Below are positions 23,301 to 38,300 of a stretch of DNA of 64,000 nt, piece after piece. The notes below the pieces were generated by a model. The model had not been told where the DNA came from. It saw nothing but the letters and a program-made list of their open reading frames with translations, and did not search any database. Each line of letters opens with the position of its first letter. Position 1 is the stretch's first letter. The stretch is from Eledone cirrhosa (Eukaryota): positions 41,168,001 through 41,232,000 of the forward strand of contig OZ024740.1 in assembly GCA_964016885.1 (NCBI GenBank). The letters run 5' to 3'. The translations under genes were made by a program, and so were the position numbers.

Positions 23301-26300
23301 ATGTATTAAAATAAAGTGTACGTGAAGATAAATTTATTTTTATTTGTTTTATGTATTAAAATAAAGTGTACGTGAAGATAAATTTATTTTTATTTGTTTT
23401 ATGTATTAAAATAAAGTGTACGTGAAGATAAATTTATTTTTATTTGTTTTATGTATTAAAATAAAGTGTACGTGAAGATAAATTTATTTTTATTTGTTTT
23501 ATGTATTAAAATAAAGTGTATGTGAAGATAAATTTACTTTTATTTGTTTTATGTATTAAAATAAAGTGTACGTGAAGATAAATTTACTTTTATTTGTTTT
23601 ATGTATTAAAATAAAGTGTACGTGAAGATAAATTTATTTTTATTTGTTTTATGTATTAAAATAAAGTGTACGTGAAGATAAATTTATTTTTATTTGTTTT
23701 ATGTATTAAAATAAAAGTGTACGTGAAGATAAATTTACTTTTATTTGTTTTATGTATTAAAATAAAGTGTTCGTGAAGATAAATTTATTTTTATTTGTTT
23801 TATGTATTAAAATAAAGTGTACGTGAAGATAAATTTATTTTTATTTGTTTTATGTATCTAAATAAAGTGTACGTGAAGATAAATTTATTTTTATTTGTTT
23901 TATGTATTAAAATAAAGTGTACGTGAAGATAAATTTATTTTTATTTGTTTTATGTATCAAAATAAAGTGTACGTGAAGATAAATTTATTTTTATTTGTTC
24001 TATGTATTAAAATAAAGTGTACGTGAAAATAAATTTATTTTTATTTGTTTTATGTATTAAAATAAAGTGTACGTGAAGATAAATTTATTTTTATTTGTTT
24101 TATGTATTAAAATAAAGTGTATGTGAAGATAAATTTACTTTTATTTGTTTTATGTATTAAAATAAAGTGTACGTGAAGATAAATTTACTTTTATTTGTTT
24201 TATGTATTAAAATAAAGTGTACGTGAAGATAAATTTATTTTTATTTGTTTTATGTATTAAAATAAAGTGTACGTGAAGATAAATTTATTTTTATTTGTTT
24301 TATGTATTAAAATAAAAGTGTAATTGAAGATAAATTTACTTTTATTTGTTTTATGTATTAAAATAAAGTGTACGTGAAGATAAATTTATTTTTATTTGTT
24401 TTATGTATTAAAATAAAGTGTACGTGAAGATAAATTTATTTGTATTTGTTTTATGTATTAAAATAAAGTGTACGTGAAGATAAATTTACTTTTATTTGTT
24501 TTATGTATTAAAATAAAGTGTACGTGAAGATAAATTTATTTTTATTTGTTTTATGTATTAAAATAAAGTGTACGTGAAGATAAATTTATTTTTATTTGTT
24601 TTATGTATTAAAATAAAAGTGTACGTGAAGATAAATTTACTTTTATTTGTTTTATGTATTAAAATAAAGTGTTCGTGAAGATAAATTTATTTTTATTTGT
24701 TTTATGTATTAAAATAAAGTGTACGTGAAGATAAATTTATTTTTATTTGTTTTATGTATCTAAATAAAGTGTACGTGAAGATAAATTTATTTTTATTTGT
24801 TTTATGTATTAAAATAAAGTGTACGTGAAGATAAATTTATTTTTATTTGTTTTATGTATCAAAATAAAGTGTACGTGAAGATAAATTTATTTTTATTTGT
24901 TTTATGTATTAAAATAAAGTGTACGTGAAAATAAATTTATTTTTATTTGTTTTATGTATTAAAATAAAGTGTACGTGAAGATAAATTTATTTTTATTTGT
25001 TTTATGTATTAAAATAAAGTGTATGTGAAGATAAATTTACTTTTATTTGTTTTATGTATTAAAATAAAGTGTACGTGAAGATAAATTTACTTTTATTTGT
25101 TTTATGTATTAAAATAAAGTGTACGTGAAGATAAATTTATTTTTATTTGTTTTATGTATTAAAATAAAGTGTACGTGAAGATAAATTTATTTTTATTTGT
25201 TTTATGTATTAAAATAAAAGTGTAATTGAAGATAAATTTACTTTTATTTGTTTTATGTATTAAAATAAAGTGTACGTGAAGATAAATTTATTTTTATTTG
25301 TTTTATGTATTAAAATAAAGTGTACGTGAAGATAAATTTATTTGTATTTGTTTTATGTATCTAAATAAAGTGTACGTGAAGATAAATTTATTTTCATTTG
25401 TTTTATGTATTAAAATAAAGTGTACGTGAAGATAAATTTATTTTTATTTGTTTTATGTATAAAAATAAAGTGTACGTGAAGATAAATTTATTTTTATTTG
25501 TTTTATGTATTAAAATAAAGTGTACGTGAAGATAAATTTATTTTTATTTGTTTTATGTATTAAAATAAAGTGTTCGTGAAGATAAATTTATTTTTATTTG
25601 TTTTATGTATTAAAATAAAAGTGTACGTGAAGATAAATTTACTTTTATTTGTTTTATGTATTAAAATAAAGTGTTCGTGAAGATAAATTTATTTTTATTT
25701 GTTTTATGTATTAAAATAAAGTGTACGTGAAGATAAATTTATTTGTATTTGTTTTATGTATCTAAATAAAGTGTACGTGAAGATAAATTTATTTTTATTT
25801 GTTTTATGTATTAAAATAAAGTGTACGTGAAGATAAATTTATTTTTATTTGTTTTATGTATAAAAATAAAGTGTACGTGAAGATAAATTTATTTTTATTT
25901 GTTTTATGTATTAAAATAAAGTGTACGTGAAGATAAATTTATTTTTATTTGTTTTATGTATTAAAATAAAGTGTACGTGAAGATAAATTTATTTTTATTT
26001 GTTTTATGTATTAAAATAAAAGTGTACGTGAAGATAAATTTACTTTTATTTGTTTTATGTATTAAAATAAAGTGTTCGTGAAGATAAATTTATTTTTATT
26101 TGTTATATGTATTAAAATAAAGTGTACGTGAAGATAAATTTATTTTTATTTGTTTTATGTATCTAAATAAAGTGTACGTGAAGATAAATTTATTTTTATT
26201 TGTTTTATGTATTAAAATAAAGTGTACGTGAAGATAAATTTATTTTTATTTGTTTTATGTATCAAAATAAAGTGTACGTGAAGATAAATTTATTTTTATT

Positions 26301-29300
26301 TGTTTTATGTATTAAAATAAAGTGTACGTGAAAATAAATTTATTTTTATTTGTTTTATGTATTAAAATAAAGTGTACGTGAAGATAAATTTATTTTTATT
26401 TGTTTTATGTATTAAAATAAAGTGTATGTGAAGATAAATTTACTTTTATTTGTTTTATGTATTAAAATAAAGTGTACGTGAAGATAAATTTACTTTTATT
26501 TGTTTTATGTATTAAAATAAAGTGTACGTGAAGATAAATTTATTTTTATTTGTTTTATGTATTAAAATAAAGTGTACGTGAAGATAAATTTATTTTTATT
26601 TGTTTTATGTATTAAAATAAAAGTGTAATTGAAGATAAATTTACTTTTATTTGTTTTATGTATTAAAATAAAGTGTACGTGAAGATAAATTTATTTTTAT
26701 TTGTTTTATGTATTAAAATAAAGTGTACGTGAAGATAAATTTATTTGTATTTGTTTTATGTATCTAAATAAAGTGTACGTGAAGATAAATTTATTTTTAT
26801 TTGTTTTATGTATTAAAATAAAGTGTACGTGAAGATAAATTTATTTCTATTTGTTTTATGTATAAAAATAAAGTGTACGTGAAGATAAATTTATTTTTAT
26901 TTGTTTTATGTATTAAAATAAAGTGTACGTGAAGATAAATTTATTTTTATTTGTTTTATGTATTAAAATAAAGTGTACGTGAAGATAAATTTATTTTTAT
27001 TTGTTTTATGTATTAAAATAAAGTGTACATGAAGATAAATTTATTTTTATTTGTTTTATGTATTAAAATAAAGTGTACGTGAAGATAAATTTATTTTTAT
27101 TTGTTTTATGTATTAAAATAAAGTGTACGTGAAGATAAATTTATTTTTATTTGTTTTATGTATCAAAATAAAGTGTACGTGAAGATAAATTTATTTTTAT
27201 TTGTTTTATGTATTAAAATAAAGTGTACGTGAAGATAAATTTATTTTTATTTGTTTTATGTATTGAAATAAAGTGTACGTGAAGATAAATTTATTTTTAT
27301 TTGTTTTATGTATTAAAATAAAGTGTACGTGAAGATAAATTTATTTGTATTTGTTTTATGTATTAAAATAAAGTGTACGTGAAGATAAATTTATTTTTAT
27401 TTGTTTTATGTATCAAAATAAAGTGTACGTGAAGATAAATTTATTTTTATTTGTTTTATGTATTAAAATAAAGTGTACGTGAAGATAAATTTATTTTTAT
27501 TTGTTTTATGTATTGAAATAAAGTGTACGTGAAGATAAATTTATTTTTATTTGTTTTATGTATTAAAATAAAGTGTACGTGAAGATAAATTTACTTTTAT
27601 TTGTTTTATGTATTAAAATAAAGTGTACGTGAAGATAAATTTATTTTTATTTGTTTTATGTATTAAAATAAAGTGTACGTGAAGATAAATTTATTTGTAT
27701 TTGTTTTATGTATTAAAATAAAGTGTACGTGAAGATAAATTTACTTTTATTTGTTTTATGTATTAAAATAAAGTGTACGTGAAGATAAATTTATTTTTAT
27801 TTGTTTTATGTATTAAAATAAAGTGTACGTGAAGATAAATTTATTTTTATTTGTTTTATGTATTAAAATAAAAGTGTACGTGAAGATAAATTTACTTTTA
27901 TTTGTTTTATGTATTAAAATAAAGTGTTCGTGAAGATAAATTTATTTTTATTTGTTTTATGTATTAAAATAAAGTGTACGTGAAGATAAATTTATTTTTA
28001 TTTGTTTTATGTATCTAAATAAAATGTACGTGAAGATAAATTTATTTTTATTTGTTTTATGTATTAAAATAAAGTGTACGTGAAGATAAATTTATTTTTA
28101 TTTGTTTTATGTATCAAAATAAAGTGTACGTGAAGATAAATTTATTTTTATTTGTTTTATGTATTAAAATAAAGTGTACGTGAAAATAAATTTATTTTTA
28201 TTTGTTTTATGTATTAAAATAAAGTGTACGTGAAGATAAATTTATTTTTATTTGTTTTATGTATTAAAATAAAGTGTATGTGAAGATAAATTTACTTTTA
28301 TTTGTTTTATGTATTAAAATAAAGTGTACGTGAAGATAAATTTACTTTTATTTGTTTTATGTATTAAAATAAAGTGTACGTGAAGATAAATTTATTTTTA
28401 TTTGTTTTATGTATTAAAATAAAGTGTACGTGAAGATAAATTTATTTTTATTTGTTTTATGTATTAAAATAAAAGTGTAATTGAAGATAAATTTACTTTT
28501 ATTTGTTTTATGTATTAAAATAAAGTGTACGTGAAGATAAATTTATTTTTATTTGTTTTATGTATTAAAATAAAGTGTACGTGAAGATAAATTTATTTGT
28601 ATTTGTTTTATGTATCTAAATAAAGTGTACGTGAAGATAAATTTATTTTCATTTGTTTTATGTATTAAAATAAAGTGTACGTGAAGATAAATTTATTTTT
28701 ATTTGTTTTATGTATAAAAATAAAGTGTACGTGAAGATAAATTTATTTTTATTTGTTTTATGTATTAAAATAAAGTGTACGTGAAGATAAATTTATTTTT
28801 ATTTGTTTTATGTATTAAAATAAAGTGTTCGTGAAGATAAATTTATTTTTATTTGTTTTATGTATTAAAATAAAAGTGTACGTGAAGATAAATTTACTTT
28901 TATTTGTTTTATGTATTAAAATAAAGTGTTCGTGAAGATAAATTTATTTTTATTTGTTTTATGTATTAAAATAAAGTGTACGTGAAGATAAATTTATTTG
29001 TATTTGTTTTATGTATCTAAATAAAGTGTACGTGAAGATAAATTTATTTTTATTTGTTTTATGTATTAAAATAAAGTGTACGTGAAGATAAATTTATTTT
29101 TATTTGTTTTATGTATAAAAATAAAGTGTACGTGAAGATAAATTTACTTTTATTTGTTTTATGTATTAAAATAAAGTGTACGTGAAGATAAATTTATTTT
29201 TATTTGTTTTATGTATTAAAATAAAGTGTACGTGAAGATAAATTTATTTTTATTTGTTTTATGTATTAAAATAAAAGTGTACGTGAAGATAAATTTACTT

Positions 29301-32300
29301 TTATTTGTTTTACGTATTAAAATAAAGTGTTCGTGAAGATAAATTTATTTTTATTTGTTATATGTATTAAAATAAAGTGTACGTGAAGATAAATTTATTT
29401 TTATTTGTTTTATGTATCTAAATAAAGTGTACGTGAAGATAAATTTATTTTTATTTGTTTTATGTATTAAAATAAAGTGTACGTGAAGATAAATTTATTT
29501 TTATTTGTTTTATGTATCAAAATAAAGTGTACGTGAAGATAAATTTATTTTTATTTGTTTTATGTATTAAAATAAAGTGTACGTGAAAATAAATTTATTT
29601 TTATTTGTTTTATGTATTAAAATAAAGTGTACGTGAAGATAAATTTATTTTTATTTGTTTTATGTATTAAAATAAAGTGTATGTGAAGATAAATTTACTT
29701 TTATTTGTTTTATGTATTAAAATAAAGTGTACGTGAAGATAAATTTACTTTTATTTGTTTTATGTATTAAAATAAAGTGTACGTGAAGATAAATTTATTT
29801 TTATTTGTTTTATGTATTAAAATAAAGTGTACGTGAAGATAAATTTATTTTTATTTGTTTTATGTATTAAAATAAAAGTGTAATTGAAGATAAATTTACT
29901 TTTATTTGTTTTATGTATTAAAATAAAGTGTACGTGAAGATAAATTTATTTTTATTTGTTTTATGTATTAAAATAAAGTGTACGTGAAGATAAATTTATT
30001 TGTATTTGTTTTATGTATCTAAATAAAGTGTACGTGAAGATAAATTTATTTTTATTTGTTTTATGTATTAAAATAAAGTGTACGTGAAGATAAATTTATT
30101 TTTATTTGTTTTATGTATAAAAATAAAGTGTACGTGAAGATAAATTTATTTTTATTTGTTTTATGTATTAAAATAAAGTGTACGTGAAGATAAATTTATT
30201 TTTATTTGTTTTATGTATTAAAATAAAGTGTACGTGAAGATAAATTTATTTTTATTTGTTTTATGTATTAAAATAAAGTGTACATGAAGATAAATTTATT
30301 TTTATTTGTTTTATGTATTAAAATAAAGTGTACGTGAAGATAAATTTATTTTTATTTGTTTTATGTATTAAAATAAAGTGTACGTGAAGATAAATTTATT
30401 TTTATTTGTTTTATGTATCAAAATAAAGTGTACGTGAAGATAAATTTATTTTTATTTGTTTTATGTATTAAAATAAAGTGTACGTGAAGATAAATTTATT
30501 TTTATTTGTTTTATGTATTGAAATAAAGTGTACGTGAAGATAAATTTATTTTTATTTGTTTTATGTATTAAAATAAAGTGTACGTGAAGATAAATTTATT
30601 TTTATTTGTTTTATGTATTAAAATAAAGTGTACGTGAAGATAAATTTATTTTTATTTGTTTCATGTATTAAAATAAAGTGTACGTGAAGATAAATTTATT
30701 TTTATTTGTTTTATGTATCTAAATAAAGTGTACGTGAAGATAAATTTATTTTTATTTGTTTTATGTATTAAAATAAAGTGTACGTGAAGATAAATTTATT
30801 TTTATTTGTTTTATGTATTAAAATAAAGTGTACGTGAAGATAAATTTATTTTTATTTGTTTTATGTATTAAAATAAAGTGTACGTGAAGATAAATTTATT
30901 TTCATTTGTTTTATGTATTAAAATAAAGTGTACGTGAAGATAAATTTATTTTTATTTGTTTTATGTATTAAAATAAAGTGTACGTGAAGATAAATTTACT
31001 TTTATTTGTTTTATGTATTAAAATAAAGTGTACGTGAAGATAAATTTATTTTTATTTGTTTTATGTATTAAAATAAAGTGTAGTGAAGATAAATTTATTT
31101 TTATTTGTTTTATGTATCAAAATAAAGTGTACGTGAAGATAAATTTATTTTTATTTGTTTTATGTATTAAAATAAAGTGTACGTGAAGATAAATTTATTT
31201 TTATTTGTTTTATGTATTAAAATAAAGTGTACGTGAAGATAAATTTATTTTTATTTGTTTTATGTATTAAAATAAAGTGTACGTGAAGATAAATTTATTT
31301 TTATTTGTTTTATGTATTAAAATAAAGTGTACGTGAAGATAAATTTATTTTTATTTGTTTTATGTATTAAAATAAAGTGTACGTGAAGATACATTTATTA
31401 TTATTTGTTTTATGTATTAAAATAAAGTGTACGTGAAGATAAATTTATTTTTATTTGTTTTATGTATTAAAATAAAGTATACGTGAAGATAAATTTATTT
31501 TTATTTGTTTTATGTATTAAAATAAAGTGTACGTGAAGATAAATTTATTTTTATTTGTTTTATGTATTAAAATAAAGTGTACGTGAAGATAAATTTATTT
31601 TTATTTGTTTTATGTATTAAAATAAAGTGTACGTGAAGATAAATTTATTATAATTTGTTTTATGTATTAAAATAAAGTGTACGTGAAGATAAATTTATTT
31701 TTATTTGTTTTATGCATTAAAATAAAGTGTACGTGAAGATAAATTTATTTTTATTTGTTTTATGTATTAAAATAAAGTGTACGTGAAGATAAATTTATTT
31801 TTATTTGTTTTATGTATTAAAATAAAGTGTACGTGATGATAAATTTATTTTTATTTGTTTTATGTATTAAAATAAAGTGTACGTGAAGATAAATTTATTT
31901 TTATTTGTTTTATGTATTAAAATAAAGTGTACGTGAAGATAAATTTATATTTATTTGTTTTATGTATTAAAATAAAGTGTACTTGAAGATAAATTTATTT
32001 TTATTTGTTTTATGTATTTAAATAAAGTGTACGTGAAGATAAATTTATTTTTATTTGTTTTATGTATTAAAATAAAGTGTACTTGAAGATAAATTTACTT
32101 TTATTTGTTTTATGTATTAAAATAAAGTGTATGTGAAGATAAATTTACTTTTATTTGTTTTATGTATTAAAATAAAGTGTACGTGAAGATAAGTTTATTT
32201 TTATTTGTTTTATGTATTAAAATAAAGTGTACGTGAAGATAAATTTATTTTTATTTGTTTTATGTATTAAAATAAAGTGTACGTGAAGATAAATTTATTT

Positions 32301-35300
32301 TTATTTGTTTTATGTATTAAAATAAAGTGTACGTGAAGATAAATTTATTTTTATTTGTTTTATGTATTAAAATAAAGTGTACGTGAAGATAAATTTATTT
32401 TTATTTGTTTTATGTATTAAAATAAAGTGTACGTGAAGATAAATTTATTTTTATTTATTTTATGTATTAAAATAAAGTGTACGTGAAGATAAATTTATTT
32501 TTATTTGTTTTATGTATTAAAATAAAGTGTACATGAAGATAAATTTATTTTTATTTGTTTTATGTATTAAAATAAAGTGTACGTGAAGATAAATTTATTT
32601 TTATTTGTTTTATGTATTAAAATAAAGTGTACGTGAAGATAAATTTATTTTTATTTGTTTTATGTATCAAAATAAAGTGTACGTGAAGATAAATTTATTT
32701 TTATTTGTTTTATGTATTAAAATAAAGTGTACGTGAAGATAAATTTATTTTTATTTGTTTTATGTATTAAAATAAAGTGTGCCTGAAGATAAATTTATTT
32801 TTATTTGTTTTATGTATTAAAATAAAGTGTACGTGAAGATAAATTTATTTTTATTTGTTTTATGTATTAAAATAAAGTGTACGTGAAGATAAATTTATCT
32901 TTATTTGTTTTATGTATTAAAATAAAGTGTACGTGAAGATAAATTTATTTTTATTTGTTTCATGTATTAAAATAAAGTGTACGTGAAGATAAATTTATTT
33001 TTATTTGTTTTATGTATCTAAATAAAGTGTACGTGAAGATAAATTTATTTTTATTTGTTTTATGTATTAAAATAAAGTGTACGTGAAGATAAATTTATTT
33101 TTATTTGATTTATGTATTAAAATAAAGTGTACGTGAAGATAAATTTATTTTTATTTGTTTTATGTATTAAAATAAAGTGTACGTGAAGATAAATTTATTT
33201 TCATTTGTTTTATGTATTAAAATAAAGTGTACGTGAAGATAAATTTATTTTTATTTGTTTTATGTATTAAAATAAAGTGTACGTGAAGATAAATTTACTT
33301 TTATTTGTTTTATGTATTAAAATAAAGTGTACGTGAAGATAAATTTATTTTTATTTGTTTTATGTATTAAAATAAAGTGTACGTGAAGATAAATTTATTT
33401 TTATTTGTTTTATGTATCAAAATAAAGTGTACGTGAAGATAAATTTATTTTTATTTGTTTTATGTATTAAAATAAAGTGTACGTGAAGATAAATTTATTT
33501 TTATTTGTTTTATGTATTAAAATAAAGTGTACGTGAAGATAAATTTATTTTTATTTGTTTTATGTATTAAAATAAAGTGTACGTGAAGATAAATTTATTT
33601 TTATTTGTTTTATGTATTAAAATAAAGTGTACGTGAAGATAAATTTATTTTTATTTGTTTTATGTATTAAAATAAAGTGTACGTGAAGATAAATTTATTT
33701 TTATTTGTTTTATGTATTAAAATAAAGTGTACATGAAGATAAATTTATTTTTATTTGTTTTATGTATTAAAATAAAGTGTACGTGAAGATAAATTTATTT
33801 TTATTTGTTTTATGTATTAAAATAAAGTGTACGTGAAGATAAATTTATTTTTATTTGTTTTATGTATCAAAATAAAGTGTACGTGAAGATAAATTTATTT
33901 TTATTTGTTTTATGTATTAAAATAAAGTGTACGTGAAGATAAATTTATTTTTATTTGTTTTATGTATTGAAATAAAGTGTACGTGAAGATAAATTTATTT
34001 TTATTTGTTTTATGTATTAAAATAAAGTGTACGTGAAGATAAATTTATTTTTATTTGTTTTATGTATTAAAATAAAGTGTACGTGAAGATAAATTTATTT
34101 TTATTTGTTTCATGTATTAAAATAAAGTGTACGTGAAGATAAATTTATTTTTATTTGTTTTATGTATCTAAATAAAGTGTACGTGAAGATAAATTTATTT
34201 TTATTTGTTTTATGTATTAAAATAAAGTGTACGTGAAGATAAATTTATTTTTATTTGTTTTATGTATTAAAATAAAGTGTACGTGAAGATAAATTTATTT
34301 TTATTTGTTTTATGTATTAAAATAAAGTGTACGTGAAGATAAATTTATTTTCATTTGTTTTATGTATTAAAATAAAGTGTACGTGAAGATAAATTTATTT
34401 TTATTTGTTTTATGTATTAAAATAAAGTGTACGTGAAGATAAATTTATTTTCATTTGTTTTATGTATTAAAATAAAGTGTACGTGAAGATAAATTTATTT
34501 TTATTTGTTTTATGTATTAAAATAAAGTGTACGTGAAGATAAATTTACTTTTATTTGTTTTATGTATTAAAATAAAGTGTACGTGAAGATAAATTTATTT
34601 TTATTTGTTTTATGTATTAAAATAAAGTGTACGTGAAGATAAATTTACTTTTATTTGTTTTATGTATTAAAATAAAGTGTACGTGAAGATAAATTTATTT
34701 TTATTTGTTTTATGTATTAAAATAAAGTGTAGTGAAGATAAATTTATTTTTATTTGTTTTATGTATCAAAATAAAGTGTACGTGAAGATAAATTTATTTT
34801 TATTTGTTTTATGTATTAAAATAAAGTGTACGTGAAGATAAATTTATTTTTATTTGTTTTATGTATTAAAATAAAGTGTACGTGAAGATAAATTTATTTT
34901 TATTTGTTTTATGTATTAAAATAAAGTGTACGTGAAGATAAATTTATTTTTATTTGTTTTATGTATTAAAATAAAGTGTACGTGAAGATAAATTTATTTT
35001 TATTTGTTTTATGTATTAAAATAAAGTGTACGTGAAGATACATTTATTATTATTTGTTTTATGTATTAAAATAAAGTGTACGTGAAGATAAATTTATTTT
35101 TATTTGTTTTATGTATTAAAATAAAGTATACGTGAAGATAAATTTATTTTTATTTGTTTTATGTATTAAAATAAAGTGTACATGAAGATAAATTTATTTT
35201 TATTTGTTTTATGTATTAAAATAAAGTGTACGTGAAGATAAATTTATTTTTATTTGTTTTATGTATTAAAATAAAGTGTACGTGAAGATAAATTTATTTT

Positions 35301-38300
35301 TATTTGTTTTATGTATTAAAATAAAGTGTACGTGAAGATAAATTTATTTTTATTTGTTTCATGTATTAAAATAAAGTGTACGTGAAGATAAATTTATTTT
35401 TATTTGTTTTATGTATCTAAATAAAGTGTACGTGAAGATAAATTTATTTTTATTTGTTTTATGTATTAAAATAAAGTGTACGTGAAGATAAATTTATTTT
35501 TATTTGATTTATGTATTAAAATAAAGTGTACGTGAAGATAAATTTATTTTTATTTGTTTTATGTATTAAAATAAAGTGTACGTGAAGATAAATTTATTTT
35601 CATTTGTTTTATGTATTAAAATAAAGTGTACGTGAAGATAAATTTATTTTTATTTGTTTTATGTATTAAAATAAAGTGTACGTGAAGATAAATTTACTTT
35701 TATTTGTTTTATGTATTAAAATAAAGTGTACGTGAAGATAAATTTATTTTTATTTGTTTTATGTATTAAATAAAGTGTACGTGAAGATAAATTAATTTTT
35801 ATTTGTTTTATGTATCAAAATAAAGTGTACGTGAAGATAAATTTATTTTTATTTGTTTTATGTATTAAAATAAAGTGTACGTGAAGATAAATTTATTTTT
35901 TATTTGTTTTATGTATTAAAATATAGTGTACGTGAAGATAAATTTATTTTTATTTGTTTTATGTATTAAAATAAAGTGTACGTGAAGATAAATTTATTTT
36001 TATTTGTTTTATGTATTAAAAATAAAGTGTACGTGAAGATAAATTTATTTTTATTTGTTTTTATGTATTAAAATAAAGTGTACGTGAAGATACATTTATT
36101 ATTATTTGTTTTATGTATTAAAATAAAGTGTACGTGAAGATAAATTTATTTTTATTTGTTTTATGTATTAAAATAAAGTATACGTGAAGATAAATTTATT
36201 TTTATTTGTTTTATGTATTAAAATAAAGTGTACGTGAAGATAAATTTTTTTTATTTGTTTTATGTATTAAAATAAAGTGTACGTGAAGATAAATTTATTT
36301 TTATTTGTTTTATGTATTAAAATAAAGTGTACGTGAAGATAAATTTATTATAATTTGTTTTATGTATTAAAATAAAGTGTACGTGAAGATAAATTTATTT
36401 TTATTTGTTTTATGCATTAAAATAAAGTGTACGTGAAGATAAATTTATTTTTATTTGTTTTATGTATTAAAATAAAGTGTACGTGAAGATAAATTTATTT
36501 TTATTTGTTTTATGTATTAAAATAAAGTGTACGTGAAGATAAATTTATTTTTATTTGTTTTATGTATTAAAATAAAGTGTACGTGATGATAAATTTATTT
36601 TTATTTGTTTTATGTATTAAAATAAAGTGTACGTGAAGATAAATTTATTTTTATTTGTTTTATGTATTAAAATAAAGTGTACGTGAAGATAAATTTATTT
36701 TTATTTGTTTTATGTATTAAAATAAAGTGTACTTGAAGATAAATTTATTTTTATTTGTTTTATGTATTTAAATAAAGTGTACGTGAAGATAAATTTATTT
36801 TTATTTGTTTTATGTATTAAAATAAAGTGTACGTGAAGATAAATTTATTTTTATTTGTTTTATGTATTAAAATAAAGTGTACGTGAAGATAAATTTATTT
36901 TTATTTGTTTCATGTATTAAAATAAAGTGTACGTGAAGATAAATTTATTTTTATTTGTTTTATGTATTAAAATAAAGTGTACGTGAAGATAAATTTATTT
37001 TTATTTGTTTTATGTATTAAAGTAAAGTGTACGTGAAGATAAATTTACTTTTATTTGTTTTATGTATTAAAATAAAGTGTACGTGAAGATAAATTTACTT
37101 TTATTTGTTTTATGTATTAAAATAAAGTGTATGTGAAGATAAATTTACTTTTATTTGTTTTATGTATTAAAATAAAGTGTACGTGAAGATAAATTTACTT
37201 TTATTTGTTTTATGTATTCAAATAAAGTGTACGTGAAGATAAATTTATTTTTATTTGTTTTATGTATTAAAATAAAGTGTACGTGAAGATAAATTTATTT
37301 TTATTTGTTTTATGTATTAAAATAAAGTGTAGTGAAGATAAATTTATTTTTATTTGTTTTATGTATCAAAATAAAGTGTACGTGAAGATAAATTTATTTT
37401 TATTTGTTTTATGTATTAAAATAAAGTGTACGTGAAGATAAATTTATTTTTATTTGTTTTATGTATTAAAATAAAGTGTACGTGAAGATAAATTTATTTT
37501 TATTTGTTTTATGTATTAAAATAAAGTGTACGTGAAGATAAATTTATTTTTATTTGTTTTATGTATTAAAATAAAGTGTACGTGAAGATAAATTTATTTT
37601 TATTTGTTTTATGTATTAAAATAAAGTGTACGTGAAGATACATTTATTATTATTTGTTTTATGTATTAAAATAAAGTGTACGTGAAGATAAATTTATTTT
37701 TATTTGTTTTATGTATTAAAATAAAGTATACGTGAAGATAAATTTATTTTTATTTGTTTTATGTATTAAAATAAAGTGTACATGAAGATAAATTTATTTT
37801 TATTTGTTTTATGTATTAAAATAAAGTGTACGTGAAGATAAATTTATTTTTATTTGTTTTATGTATTAAAATAAAGTGTACGTGAAGATAAATTTATTTT
37901 TATTTGTTTTATGTATTAAAATAAAGTGTACGTGAAGATAAATTTATTTTTATTTGTTTCATGTATTAAAATAAAGTGTACGTGAAGATAAATTTATTTT
38001 TATTTGTTTTATGTATCTAAATAAAGTGTACGTGAAGATAAATTTATTTTTATTTGTTTTATGTATTAAAATAAAGTGTACGTGAAGATAAATTTATTTT
38101 TATTTGATTTATGTATTAAAATAAAGTGTACGTGAAGATAAATTTATTTTTATTTGTTTTATGTATTAAAATAAAGTGTACGTGAAGATAAATTTATTTT
38201 CATTTGTTTTATGTATTAAAATAAAGTGTACGTGAAGATAAATTTATTTTTATTTGTTTTATGTATTAAAATAAAGTGTACGTGAAGATAAATTTACTTT

